This document shows positions 1 through 39,963 of a DNA stretch of 64,000 nucleotides, one piece after another. The DNA is from Macrostomum hystrix (taxonomy: Eukaryota > Animalia > Platyhelminthes): the NCBI GenBank assembly GCA_950097015.1, contig CATNEN010000001.1:15810001-15874000 (forward strand), written 5' to 3'. The notes below the pieces were generated by a model. That model was not told the origin of the DNA. It saw nothing but the letters and a program-made list of their open reading frames with translations, and searched no databases. A program made the translations under genes and the position numbers. Position 1 is the stretch's first letter. Every line of letters starts with the position of its first letter.

Positions 1-375
1 GAGACGTTCAGCTGAGAATGGTTAATTGGCCAAGCAATTTATCAAAGCTCACAGTTAGGTTTACATAGGCACTGGGGCCTATTCAGTATACGCTCGAAAG
101 GTTACTAAAATCACAGTGTCTGCACTGAAAGTACAGCTGTGAAACAGTCCTTATCAGTGAGTTCTCATACTAGATTAGCTGCCTAGTGCTGTCCGTACAG
201 TCACTAAGTATTCTCGTGTCCCAAAAACGCATGTTTTCTGTGATATAACTTCCTAACTTCCTAACTAAGAATACTTCCTAAAATCAAAATTATTTTGATG
301 TCTCATGAAATGCTCTATTGTGTTTATTGAATGATGAAAACAACAGATAATTTGTCTAACACGCGTGATTTCTTT

Positions 376-1019
376 CTGTCTAACAGGTGAACTCTCTGTC
401 TAACAGGTGAACTCTCTGTCTAACAGGTGAACTCTCTGTCTAACAGGTGAACTCTCTGTCTAACAGGTGAACTCTCTGTCTAACAGGTGAATTCTGTGTC
501 TAACAGGTGAACTCGCTGTCTAACAGGTGAACTCTCTGTCTAACAGGTGAATTCAGTTTCTAACAGGTGAACTCTCTGTCTAACAGGTGAACTCACTGTC
601 TAACAGGTGAACTCTCTGTCTAACAGGTGAATTCAGTGTCTAACAGGTGAACTCGCTGTCTAACAGGTGAACTCTGTCTAACAGGTGAACTCTGTCTAAC
701 AGGTGAGAACTGTCTGTCTAACAGGTGAACTCTGTCTAACAGGTGACAACTGTCTGTCTAACAGGTGAACTCTGTCTAACAGGTGAACTCTGTCTAACAG
801 ATGAACTCTGTCTAACAGATGAACTCTCTGTCTAACAGGTGAACTCTCTGTCTAACAGGTGAATTTAGTGTCTAACAGGTGAACTCGCTGTCTAACAGGT
901 GAACTCTGTCTAACAGGTGACAACTGTCTGTCTAACAGGTGAACTCTGTCTAACAGGTGACAACTGTCTGTCTAACAGGTGAACTCTGTCTAACAGGTGA
1001 ACTCTCTCTGTAACACGTG
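376..1019 (+). repeat. Minisatellite, 18-22 bp unit TCTAACAGGTGAACTCTCTG
   Basis: Direct inspection; ends about 25 nt before the slit acceptor at 1043. Confidence 0.95.
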
Positions 1020-1043
1020 AATCGTTAACATAAAATTTCCCAG

Positions 1044-28165
<27,122 letters not shown>

Positions 28166-29444
28166 TTGGTTGGCTAGCGGAGTGAGGTGGGTTACGCAGA
28201 CTTTTTTCGTTAGGCAGTTCTATCGATCGCGACAACTCAACTGCAGCCACATCTTGGCCTTGCCCGCTTCCTGATTGGCTGACAGACTCGAAAATTGATC
28301 GCGCTTTGCTGTTTCAGTTCTACGCTGTCTCTTTTTTATTATTTTTCATGTGTACAAAGTGGACAGAGAATGAATCGGTAGCGCTGGCACCAGAGCTGGC
28401 TAGACTCATACACCTCAAAAACAAAGACTAATTTTTCAGACCAAAATTTGCATTCAATATTATTGGTCTTTGTATTTATTAAGCCTTGCACTTTATATAT
28501 GTGCGCGTGCTAGACAAATCGTGTCTAACAAAATGATATTTTGTTGCTTTTTTTCTGTTTTATTTCTGTCCTGCATCTACAAAAAACCTTTTAGTAGCAA
28601 TAATTGTAACAAAATATCCAATACATTAAATTAGGCTACGTCACGAAAAAAGTAATCAGGTTTAACATTGTTTACTTAAAACAAATAATAAACCAATGAA
28701 TTTTTTCTTTTTTTGTCTCTTGGATTTGCTAAGCTGATTTTGTAGAGTTTTCCGCATCACATGCTACTGCTCTTGAGTGCTTAAGTAAGTAGGCAGCTTT
28801 GCGCTTCGTGATTGCATCGAAAATCACAAAAATGTATTAAAATTACTTTGCTTCATGTTCGGTAGTGTTTTTGTAAAATCAAATAAGCCTTTGTTGAAAA
28901 AGTACTAGAAAATCGACCCTTCTTTGTATTTTTCTTCACATATCGGGCACGTTTTGCTTTATTGACACTTTTCGTACTTGTTTTTTGGATTTTAAGTTAG
29001 TCACAAGAACGTTATTAAACAATTGAAATATATATTTTTTTGTAAGTTTTAAGCGGTTCAACCCAAGTATTTTTAAATATCTGTAAACTACGATGATAAA
29101 TCAAATTATAACAGGTTAGATATTGTCTCTAACTGGTAGAAGGCTTTATGAAATTTCATGTTTTTTCAATTAAGCGTAGGTACCTGCTTTAATTGGCTTG
29201 CTGACTCGTAATTACTCAATGTTGCTTGCGGAGCTCAGATTCTGGAGCAGACAGGAGTCACGTAGGGCAGTGTTTTTCTGCTTTGCTTCTCATTCTGTTG
29301 CAAACTGTCAGGAAATAAAAATTCAAACCACGACTATGCTGCAACTCTCGGTAAAACTCGCGTTCAAAGCTGAATTTTAATTGAGTGACTCAACTCTTAA
29401 TTCAATATGCTCTTTGTGTGCGGCCTCATCAAATCATTCTCACT

Positions 29445-30007
29445 TATTTGAGGGCCATTCTGGTTAATTTTAGAACCATTGTCACTCATTTAAGGACCAT
29501 TGTCACTGATTTGAGGACCATTGTCACTGATTTAAGGACCATTGTCACTGATTTGAGGACCATTGTCACTCATTTAAGGACCATTGTCACTGATTTGAGG
29601 ACCATTGTCACTGATTTGAGGACCATTGTCACTCATTTAAGGACCGTTGTCACTGATTTGAGGACCATTGTCACTCATTTGAGGACCATTGTCACTGATT
29701 TGAGGACCATTGTCACTGATTTGAGGACCATTGTCACTGATTTAAGGACCGTTGTCACTGATTTAAGGACCATTGTCACTGATTTAAGGACCATTGCCAC
29801 TGATTTGAGGACCATTGTCACTGATTTAGGTACCATTGCCACTGATTTGAGGACCATTGCCACTGATTTGAGGACCATTGTCACTGATTTGAGGACCATT
29901 GTCACTGATTTGAGGACCATTGTCACTGATTTAAGGACCGTTGCCACTGATTTAAGGACCGTTGACACTGATTTAAGGACCATTATCACTGATTTAAGGA
30001 CCATTGC
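29445..30007 (+). repeat. Minisatellite, 21 bp GGACCATTGTCACTGATTTGA; degenerate relatives at 27610-27725
   Basis: Direct inspection. Confidence 0.95.
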
Positions 30008-30232
30008 CTAACTAACTGCCTAACTAGACAAACATTTCCCATGTCACGGTTGTGAGCCATCTGTCTCAGCTGACCACCATCTAGACTAAGTCTTTCTGCT
30101 AGCTCTGGAAATAGACAAATCTAATCACATTTAGTAGAAGCAAAGTTGCATAGAAAACCGCAGTTCAATCATTGAAGTATTGGATTCAGCTTTGGTAATA
30201 GAAGTTCAACTGTTGAATAGTCAACCAACTGG

Positions 30233-32871
30233 CTAGTCTCGTTTCCGGGTTGAAATCTCCATACGGCAGCTGCTATCGGAGGTCAGTAGTTCGAGTCGGC
30301 GTGCCATGTCCTTCCGCACGGACTCGTAGATTTCCGGCCTCGAGCAGTTGGCGTTGTTGACTCCGCGGGCGTGCGGTCCCAGCTGGTCCTTGGTGACAAA
30401 GTCCCACAGGACGCGAAGCCAGCTAGTGTGATGCGGCAGGTGTGAGTAGTACTCACTGGCGATGCGGCGCACCTCGGGCAGACGCCTGAGCGGATGTCCG
30501 ACAGGTAATAATATAATAATAATAATACTTGCAGGAGGGCTGTGGGCAATGGCACATCATTTGGTGACACTAGACCCGCAGTCAGCGAGGAGGCAATTCT
30601 GGCCCCAGTTCGCTGACTCCTGAGCACATACGCACACAGATACTGTACTCAGGTACACGGTCACACAGGTGTACATCTGCCATGACTTTCTCATCGTCGG
30701 GCAGTGTACATTTCACTGTGCCTTGGAGGTTGGCCCTCAAGGGCATAAATTGCACGACAAGCCCCCAAGCCTTCTTTCCGCGGCTGCACCCCAAATAAAT
30801 GTGGCCTCGCCGCGGAATCGAGCTCAGGGACCTTTGTGCGAGAGGCAAATGCGATAGACCGCCCTGCCACTCACCCCCTGTCGGACGGTTGGTTGGGACG
30901 TTTTTTGCGAATGAAAATGTGTAGAATGGGATTTCTCACCTGTAGGGAATGTAAGGAAAATCGTGATGCTCAATGTGATATCCGACATTGAACAGCACCG
31001 CATTCAGCGGTCCATAGTAGCTGTGGGTGCTCTGGCCACCTGAGAACAGGTAGTGCTCAGAGATGAAGTGACCAGCCAGGGGGTGCGGCCCGAAGCCGAA
31101 AAATGTGCCGAGCAGCAGGTAGCACAGACTACGCCAGCCGAAAGCGTAGTACACGGCCAAGTCGAAGGCCAGGCAGATGGCAAAGTTCAGCAGTTCCCAC
31201 GGTGTCGTTGGCTTCGGCGACTTCACAAACGGCCGCAGGCCGTGGATGACCGGATGCGCGCACAGCCACAGCAGCTTCGTGAACGGACTCCGGAACAGCC
31301 GGGCCTCCGTCTTAGTCGGTATGTCGACATCGTTGTCCTCATGACCGAGCCATCTGTGATGATCGGTGTGGTACTTCTTGTAGCTGATGGCCATCGGGAT
31401 GGCGATGGGAAGGTTGCAGAAGATCGCCAGAAGCCGATTGGCCCAGGGACGCTTGTGACCGAACGCCAGGTTGTGACCTGTGAGGATGTCATTAGCAACT
31501 AGCATTATAATGAGTAAGCATTTTAAATTGTTGGTTTAATTAGATAATTACAAGTATATATCTACCATAATTACGCGGCGTAAGGCGGTGAGTGGAAGAG
31601 CGGTTAACGCGTTCGCCTCTCGCACCAAGGTCTATGAGCTAGACTCCGCGGCGAGGCCACATGCATATGGTGCGCAGCCGCGGAGAGAAGGCTTGGGGGC
31701 TTGTTGTGCAATTTACGCCCTTGAGGGCCAACCTCCAAGGCACAGTGAAAGTGTACACTGCCTGACGATGAGAAAGTCAGGACTGATGTACACACTAATG
31801 CGAGTGTGCGCCTGTGTACAGTATCTGTGCGCGACTGTGCTCAGGAGTCAGCGAAATGGGCAGAACTGCCTCCTCGCTGGCTTTGGGTCTAGTGTCACCA
31901 ATTGTTGTGCCATTGCCCACAGCTCTTCTGCGATTATTATTATTATTTTATTATTATTATTATTATTATTGGATGAATTTCCAAAGGCCGTGTACAGACA
32001 TGTTCAGTCCATGGACTGGGCTAGCAGAAGCTATGCCTGTCCCTTATAGTCGTTGCCAGTTGCAGTGCCAATTTCCGTTGCTTTGTTACACGCCACAATG
32101 TTCTTAAATTATTTTGTCAAGCTACAATCTTCCGGGGTACTATACAAGGCCATTGTTTTCTATCACAGAATGACAAACACAAGTGTACTTTTTCTCAACG
32201 TCAGTCATCAACTGGCAGTCCATCTATCGGGTCTAGCTACTCGTAAATTTTTTGGCGACATCGACAATTTTTTTTCGTAGTCCAATAATGACGCTGTCAT
32301 TGTGTTGCCAAGACATTGCTGGAAAACATTTTATGATGAATATCGATGAGTTCTGGTACGCCTCACCTGTTTCATGAGAGCGCTTGTCATTTCCCACAAT
32401 AATCCAGCGTTTGCGTTCCAAGAGAAAAATGATGCTCTCATTAGTGGTTCGAAGCATAAAAAAGACTTGTCATTTGAAGTGGAAACTAGCTCTGTCCAGA
32501 TGTCATTTCCAGCTACCAAAGCTTTTCTCACCATCGGCGAACTCACCGATCTCGTGTATGGCCGATCCCAGGCTGTGGTTCAGCGTGGCTCCAACAGCGT
32601 AAGACAGCAGCAACATGATGTACCAGTTGGGCTGGGCAGCTCCAATCAGAAAGCACACGCCCAGCTGGGCAGCCACTTCGCAACCTACGACGAGCGCTAT
32701 CCATGGATCATAGCCCATCAACTTCTTGATCTGGGGATATTTTGCCAGAATCTCCTTTCGCCTGCTGACGTGGGGCTCCTCCGAGTAATCCCATTGGTCA
32801 GCGTCGAGTTCCAGCTTTAGGCCCAGTTTCAGCGCGTTAAAGAATGTCTGTTTGAGATTAGCCATTGCCAT
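30233..32871 (-). CDS. DEGS1: Sphingolipid delta(4)-desaturase / dihydroceramide desaturase (DES family), 3 coding exons, about 371 aa
   Basis: Exons 32871-32547, 31477-30940, 30485-30233 (TAG). N-terminal Lipid_DES-type motif WDYSEEPHVSRRKEILAKYPQIKKLMG, three His boxes (HEIGH across a splice junction, HTDHH, HIEHH), then FPYIPYRRLPEVRRIASEYY. The start at 32871 is inferred (second ATG at 32865). DEGS1 versus DEGS2 activity cannot be resolved from sequence. Confidence 0.93.
30507..30878 (-). mobile_element. SINE family A, full length, filling most of the last DEGS intron
   Basis: Full reverse-complement copy with (AAT)n tail at 30507-30527 and A-box head near 30860-30878. Confidence 0.9.
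31585..31970 (+). mobile_element. SINE family A, full length (about 350 bp plus ATT tail)
   Basis: A-box-like TGGAAGAGCGG, B-box-like region, body, long (ATT)n tail. Confidence 0.9.
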
Positions 32872-32927
32872 CGTCTCAGACTGCTGCGTACTCACGTGCC
32901 TGCCAAAATAATGAGCATTTTTTCTTG

Positions 32928-35215
32928 AGAAGGGATTGTATGGAGAGAAGGGAGTGAAGGGAGAGAAGGGAGTGAAGGGAGAGAAGGGATTGTATGGAGA
33001 GAAGGGAGTGAAGGGAGAGAAGGGAGTGAAGGGAGAGAAGGGATTGTATGGAGAGAAGGGAGAGAAGGGAGAGAAGGGAGTGAAGGGAGAGAAGGGATTG
33101 TATGGAGAGAAGGGAGAGAAGGGAGTGAAGGAAGAGAAGGAAGAGAAGGGAGAGAAGGGATTGTATGGAGAGAAGGGAGAGAAGGGAGAGAAGGGAGAGA
33201 AGGAAGAGAAGGAAGAGAAGGGAGAGAAGGGATTGTATGGAGAGAAGGGAGAGAAGGGAGAGAAGGGAGAGAAGGAAGAGAAGGAAGAGAAGGGAGAGAA
33301 GGGATTGTATGGAGAGAAGGGATTGTATGGAGAGAAGGGAGAGAAGGGAGAGAAGGGATTGTATGGAGAGAAGGGAGTGAAGGAAGAGAAGGGAGAGAAG
33401 GGAGAGAAGGGAGTGAAGGAAGAGAAGGGAGAGAAGGGAGAGAAGGGATTGTATGGAGAGAAGGGAGTGAAGGAAGAGAAGGGAGAGAAGGGAGAGAAGG
33501 GATTGTATGGAGAGAAGGGAGTGAAGGAAGAGAAGGGAGAGAAGGGAGAGAAGGGAGTGAAGGAAGAGAAGGAAGAGAAGGGAGAGAAGGGATTGTATGG
33601 AGAGAAGGGAGAGAAGGGAGAGAAGGGAGAGAAGGAAGAGAAGGAAGAGAAGGGAGAGAAGGGATTGTATGGAGAGAAGGGAGAGAAGGGAGAGAAGGGA
33701 TTGTATGGAGAGAAGGGAGTGAAGGGAGAGAAGGGAGAGAAGGGAGAGAAGGGAGAGAAGGGAGAGAAGGGAGAGAAGGGAGAGAAGGGAGAGAAGGGAG
33801 AGAAGGGAGTGAAGGGATTGTATGGAGAGAAGAGAGTGAAGGAAGAGAAGGGAGAGAAGGGAGAGAAGGGAGAGAAGGGAGAGAAGGGAGAGAAGGGAGA
33901 GAAGGGAGAGAAGGGATTGTATGGAGAGAAGGGAGTGAAGGTAGAGAAGGGAGAGAAGGGAGTGAAGGGATTGTATGGAGAGAAGGGAGTGAAGGGAGAG
34001 AAGGGAGAGAAGGGAGAGAAGGGAGTGAAGGGATTGTATGGAGAGAAGGGAGTGAAGGGAGAGAAGGGAGTGAAGGGATTGTATGGAGAGAAGGGAGTGA
34101 AGGGAGAGAAGGGAGTGAAGGGAGAGAAGGGAGTGAAGGGATTGTATGGAGAGAAGGGAGAGAAGGGAGTGAAGGGAGAGAAGGGAGAGAAGGGAGAGAA
34201 GGGAGTGAAGGGATTGTATGGAGAGAAGGGAGTGAAGGGAGAGAAGGGAGTGAAGGGAGAGAAGGGAGTGAAGGGATTGTATGGAGAGAAGGGAGTGAAG
34301 GGAGAGAAGGGAGTGAAGGGAGAGAAGGGAGTGAAGGGAGAGAAGGGAGAGAAGGGAGAGAAGGGATTGTATGGAGAGAAGGGAGTGAAGGGAGAGAAGG
34401 GAGAGAAGGGAGAGAAGGGATTGTATGGAGAGAAGGGATTGTATGGAGAGAAGGGAGAGAAGGGAGAGAATGAAGAGAATGTAGAGAAGGGAGAGAAGGG
34501 AGTGAAGGGATTGTATGGAGAGAAGGGAGTGAAGGGAGAGAAGGGAGAGAAGGGAGAGAATGGAGAGAATGTAGAGAAGGGAGAGAAGGGATTGTATGGA
34601 GAGAAGGGAGTGAAGGTAGAGAAGGGAGAGAAGGGAGTGAAGGGATTGTATGGAGAGAAGGGAGTGAAGGGAGAGAAGGGAGAGAAGGGAGAGAAGGGAG
34701 AGAAGGGAGAAAAGGGATTGTATGGAGAGAAGGGAGTGAAGGAAGAGAAGGGAGAGAAGGGATTGTATGGAGAGAAGGGATTGTATGGAGAGAAGGGAGA
34801 GAAGGGAGAGAATGGAGAGAATGTAGAGAAGGGAGAGAAGGGAGTGAAGGGATTGTATGGAGAGAAGGGAGTGAAGGGAGAGAAGGGAGAGAAGGGAGAG
34901 AAGGGAGAGAAGGGATTGTATGGAGAGAAGGGATTGTATGGAGAGAAGCGATTGTATGGAGAGAAGGGATTGTATGGAGAGAAGGGATTGTATGGAGAGA
35001 AGGGATTGTATGGAGAGAAGGGATTGTATGGAGAGAAGGGATTGTATGGAGAGAAGGGATTGTATGGAGAGAAGGGAGAGAAGGGAGAGAAGGGAGAGAA
35101 GGGAGAGAAGGGATTGTATGGAGAGAAGGGAGAGAAGGGAGAGAAGAGAGAGAAGGGATTGTATGGAGAGAAGGGAGTGAAGGGAGTGTAGGGAGAGAAG
35201 GGAGAGAGAATGGGA
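32928..35215 (+). repeat. Purine-rich 9-bp repeat (GGAGAGAAG, GGAGTGAAG, GGATTGTAT variants), 2.3 kb
   Basis: Direct inspection; lies just upstream of the DEGS acceptor at 32900. Confidence 0.95.
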
Positions 35216-36335
35216 AGAATAAATCTAGGAAGTTAAGTTGGGAAATTTGTGAAGAACTATAAAAATGTAATGTTTCAACAAAGTTTACACAGCTTTCTGA
35301 TTGTTCTGTTAAATGCGGTATTAAAACTACACAGCTCAATGAAGGACCGCAGAGCAGTTGAATGTCACAAATAGTCTGGATAATCTGAATCAATACTACA
35401 CGGAAATAATAGTCTTGTTTTTTAAAGAAACAAGCCGAAAACTCGTTGCCTACTGTGAGTCAATATAATCTTTGCTTTAAGTTTCCTGTCTCTATGCTTA
35501 CAGACTAAAAGGGTCCTTCTCGATCCATGCAAGAAAGAACACTGACTGACTGTTTGCAATCATTCTTCAGTTGCTGGGCATTTCGTGGGACGTCAAACTT
35601 TGTTTAGCAAGTCCTGATAGTCCAACTCCTACTCGCTCCAGTCTGCCTGCCCGGGTTTCCATGACCACACAGCGATTGTTGGACCTTGGTGCGTAATTTT
35701 AGCTAGTGTGCCACTATGCAGTATGCACCCCCTACTTAGGAATTGCAGCTATGAACATGAGTCCTTATCACACAGTTGAGAGTGTACACTGAGAAAGTAA
35801 ACACTTGTGTAAGTGTGTGCCTGTATCCGTGTTGCTTGCTTCATAGGAATTAGCTAGATTAACGAATTATATTTTCTTCTTTCTTTGCAGGAAAGCAGCG
35901 AGCTTATTTATAGCAGAATTAAAACTAACTTACCGTTCAGGTAAGTGCGGTAACTGCAAGTCAGGGTTGGCTATTTATTGAACCAGCAAGTAATTCCGCC
36001 TTTTTTATTACGCTTTGGTAGATTATTATATGGGCAGCAGCGGTTGGAGCTGGCGACGATGGGGAAGAGAGCAGCGACTAGAGGAGCTGGATGTTTCAAG
36101 TACCAGCCCATCATTCTGGTGGGGTGGGGTGGATGGACTCGTTTGGGTTGGAGAGTGAGGGAAGAAAATACAGATGGGGAGTTTTGTGCTTGAGAGGCCG
36201 TATTGGAGGCACAGGAGAGTTAGGACTTCAGTTCAGAGTCTCATTGGCAGCAAAGTAAGAGAACGATTTGTAGTTTTTTTTGAGCAGCCAAGCATTGAGA
36301 ATGAACCTAAAGTCTATTGAATTTAAATTTAGTAA

Positions 36336-36916
36336 TGAGATGGACAGGTGAGAGAATGGGGTGAGATAGACAGGTGAGAGAATGGGGTGAGATAGACAGG
36401 TGAGAGAATGGGATGAGATGGACAGGTGAGAGAATGGGGTGAGATGGACAGGTGAGAGAATGGGGTGAGATAGACAGGTGAGAGAATGGGGTTAGATGAC
36501 AGGTGAGAGAATGGGGTGAGACAGACAGGTGAGAGAATGGGATGAGATAGACAGGTGAGAGAATGGGGTGAGACAGACAGGTAAGAGAATGGGATGAGAT
36601 GGACAGGTGAGAGAATGGGGTGAGATAGACAGGTGAGAGAATGGGATGAGATGGACAGGTGAGAGAATGGGGTGAGATAGACAGGTGAGAGAATGGGATG
36701 AGATAGACAGGTGAGAGAATGGGATGAGATAGACAGGTGAGAGAATGGGATGAGATGGACAGGTGAGAGAATGGGGTGAGATAGACAGGTGAGAGAATGG
36801 GGTTAGATGACAGGTGAGAGAATGGGGTGAGACAGACAGGTGAGAGAATGGGATGAGATAGACAGGTGAGAGAATGGGGTGAGACAGACAGGTAAGAGAA
36901 TGGGATGAGATAGACA
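36336..36916 (+). repeat. Minisatellite, 25-26 bp GAGATAGACAGGTGAGAGAATGGGGT (block 1)
   Basis: Direct inspection; bounded by a 53-bp direct repeat. Confidence 0.95.
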
Positions 36917-37596
36917 GCCAAGCAGCCAAGCATTGAGAGTGAATCTAAAGTGTATTGAATTTAAATTTAGTAACTACAAGAACTGCTCATATAGGTAACT
37001 GAGGATCGCAGACTTAAGGTCGATGAAGTCGTTATAAAATAGGTGTTTTTTCGCCATGTACGACATTGTTTACTGAAGTTACTGAAGTATTTTATAAGAT
37101 CAATAGATTTGAAATGGAACGGGGCATGTCATGCAACCTGAGCTGATGTTTGAAAGGGAGAATGAGTAAGGTGAGCATATCTACATTAGTTTTCCCATGT
37201 CCCATGTTCTAGACTGTAATGAAAGAGAATGACAGTAATCTGGCCTGCAATTTGACGCTAAAAGAGCCAACGCCCCAACCTTGCCAAGAGCAGATAAAGA
37301 CTTTCGAAATCATTCGGAGATCAATCTGAGAGCAGAAGACTGATAAAATATAATTCGAGATTGGGTGTGGCCCGTTTTATCATTTGATATAGGATTTACA
37401 TGCGTCCACATTAATGCAGCTGAGTTATCGGGGCTGCATAGTACAGGGCCAATCTTATTCTATCTTCTTAGGAACATTCTTTGTGATAGGATTTATCTTT
37501 TTACCACATTTTACCTTGAGATGAAACTTGTATTGAGAGGAAATGAGAAAAAAACCATAAAATTTCAAAGTGGATTGGATTGACAAGGCCAAGCTG

Positions 37597-39410
37597 GTGA
37601 GATAGACCGGAGAGAGAATGGAATGAGATAGACAGGTGAGAGAATGGGATGAGATAAACAGGTGAGAGAATGGAATGAGATACACAGGTGAGAGAATGGG
37701 ATGAGATAGACAGGTGAGAGAATGGGATGAGATAAACAGGTGAGAGAATGGAATGAGATAGACAGGTGAGAGAATGGGATGAGATAGACAGGTGAGAGAA
37801 TGGGTGAGATAGACAGGTGAGAGAATGGGTGAGATAGACAGGTGAGAGAATGGGGTGAGATAGACAGGTGAGAGAATGGGATGAGATAGACAGGTGAGAG
37901 AATGGGGTGAGATAGACAGGTGAGAGAATGGGGTGAGATAGACAGGTGAGAGAATGGGGTGAGATAGACAGGTGAGAGAAAGGGGTGAGATAGACAACTG
38001 AGAGAATGGGGTGAGATAGACAACTAAGAGAATGGGATGAGATAGACAACTGAGAGAATGGGTGAGATAGACAGGTGAGAGAATGGGTGAGATAGACAGG
38101 TGAGAGAATGGGTGAGATAGACAGGTGAGAGAATGGGTGAGATAGACAGGTGAGAGAATGGGATGAGATAGACAGGTGAGAGAATGGGTGAGATAGACAA
38201 CTGAGAGAATGGGGTGAGATAGACAGGTGAGAGAATGGGATGAGATAGACAACTGAGAGAATGGTGTGAGATAGACAACTGAGAGAATGGGGTGAGATAG
38301 ACAACTGAGAGAATGGGGTGAGATAGAAAACTGAGAGAATGGGGTGAGATAGACAACTGAGAGAATGGGGTGAGATAGACAACTAAGAGAATGGGGTGAG
38401 ATAGACAACTAAGAGAATGGGATGAGATAGACAACTGAGAAAATGGGTGAGATAGACAGGTGAGAGAATGGGTGAGATAGACAGGTGAGAGAATGGGTGA
38501 GATAGACAGGTGAGAGAATGGGTGAGATAGACAGGTGAGAGAATGGGATGAGATAGACAGGTGAGAGAATGGGTGAGATAGACAACTGAGAGAATGGGGT
38601 GAGATAGACAACTGAGAGAATGGGATGAGATAGACAACTGAGAGAATGGGGTGAGATAGACAACTGAGAGAATGGTGTGAGATAGACAACTGAGAGAATG
38701 GGGTGAGATAGACAACTGAGAGAATGGGGTGAGATAGACAACTGAGAGAATGGGATGAGATAGACAACTGAGAGAATGGGGTGAGATAGACAACTGAGAG
38801 AATGGTGTGAGATAGACAACTGAGAGAATGGGGTGAGATAGACAACTAAGAGAATGGGGTGAGATAGACAACTGAGAGAATGGGGTGAGATAGTCAACTG
38901 AGAGAATGGGGTGAGATAGACAGGTGAGAGAATGGGTGAGATAGACAGGTGAGAGAATGAGATGAGATAGACAGGTGAGAGAATGGGTGAGATAGACAAC
39001 TGAGAGAATGGGGTGAGATAGACAGGTGAGAGAATGGGATGAGATAGACAACTGAGAGAATGGTGTGAGATAGACAACTGAGAGAATGGGGTGAGATAGA
39101 CAACTGAGAGAATGGGGTAAGATAGACAACTAAGAGAATGGGGTGAGATAGACAACTGAGAGAATGGGGTGAGATAGTCAACTGAGAGAATGGGGTGAGA
39201 TAGACAACTGAGAGAATGGGTGAGATAGACAACTGAGAGAATGGGGTGAGATAGACAACTGAGAGAATGGGGTGAGATAGACAACTGAGAGAATGGGATA
39301 AGATAGACAGGTGAGAGAATGGAATGAGATAGACAGGTGAGAGAATGGGGTGAGATAGACAGGTGAGAGAATGGGTGAGATAGACAGGTGAGAGAATGGG
39401 TTAGATAGAT
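37597..39410 (+). repeat. Minisatellite, 25-26 bp GAGATAGACA(GGT/ACT)GAGAGAATGGGGT (block 2)
   Basis: Direct inspection. Confidence 0.95.
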
Positions 39411-39430
39411 AGGTGTCTATCTTCGTCGCT

Positions 39431-39567
39431 ATAGATGGAGTGATAGATGGAGTGATAGATGGAGTGATAGATGGAGTGATAGATGGAGTGATAGATGGAG
39501 TGATAGATGGAGTGATAGATGGAGTGATAGATGGAGTGATAGATGGAGTGATAGATGGAGTGATAGA
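39431..39567 (+). repeat. 12-bp repeat ATAGATGGAGTG
   Basis: Direct inspection. Confidence 0.95.
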
Positions 39568-39963
39568 TATGACAAGATATGTATGTGGCATAAACTTAGC
39601 GAAGGGATAAAATAAACAATGCTAAATTGAATAGGATAGGTTGGGGTGAAGCTGGGGCCAATGTGACAGGCGGTGATGAAGAGAGTGGACAGCAATGGGC
39701 CTAGCAACACGGTTTCTGTCATGGGTGTTGCATCTGGCTATTTTGCGCTAAAAGCTAATGCTATAGGAGATCAGTTCGCTTCCAATATTAGCCTTTCAAC
39801 GGGCAACAGGGGACAGCAGAAATATGCTTTGCATCGTGAAGCTAGTTATTTGCTGAGTTAACTCTGAAAGTAACAGCATCTGGGCCTGTTGAAAATCTAG
39901 ATTTCCTTTACAGCCTCTGGATCTCATGTTAGACAATGAAGCAGCAGTCTGTTACTGTGATTT

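Noticed and set aside
376-1019. CRISPR-like array (constant core with variable filler)
   Set aside because: Fillers are short and repeated rather than unique spacers; eukaryotic intron; no cas genes.
29385-30011. Heptad (TDLRTIV)n coiled-coil-like ORF
   Set aside because: 21-bp minisatellite with a GTG start and no unique domain; a degenerate copy lies in a slit intron.
31750-31795. Hammerhead ribozyme or SECIS in the SINE A hairpin (CTGACGATGAGAAAGTCAG)
   Set aside because: CTGACGA and GAAA are not separated by a stem II, and the helix is too short for a SECIS; it is a simple hairpin.
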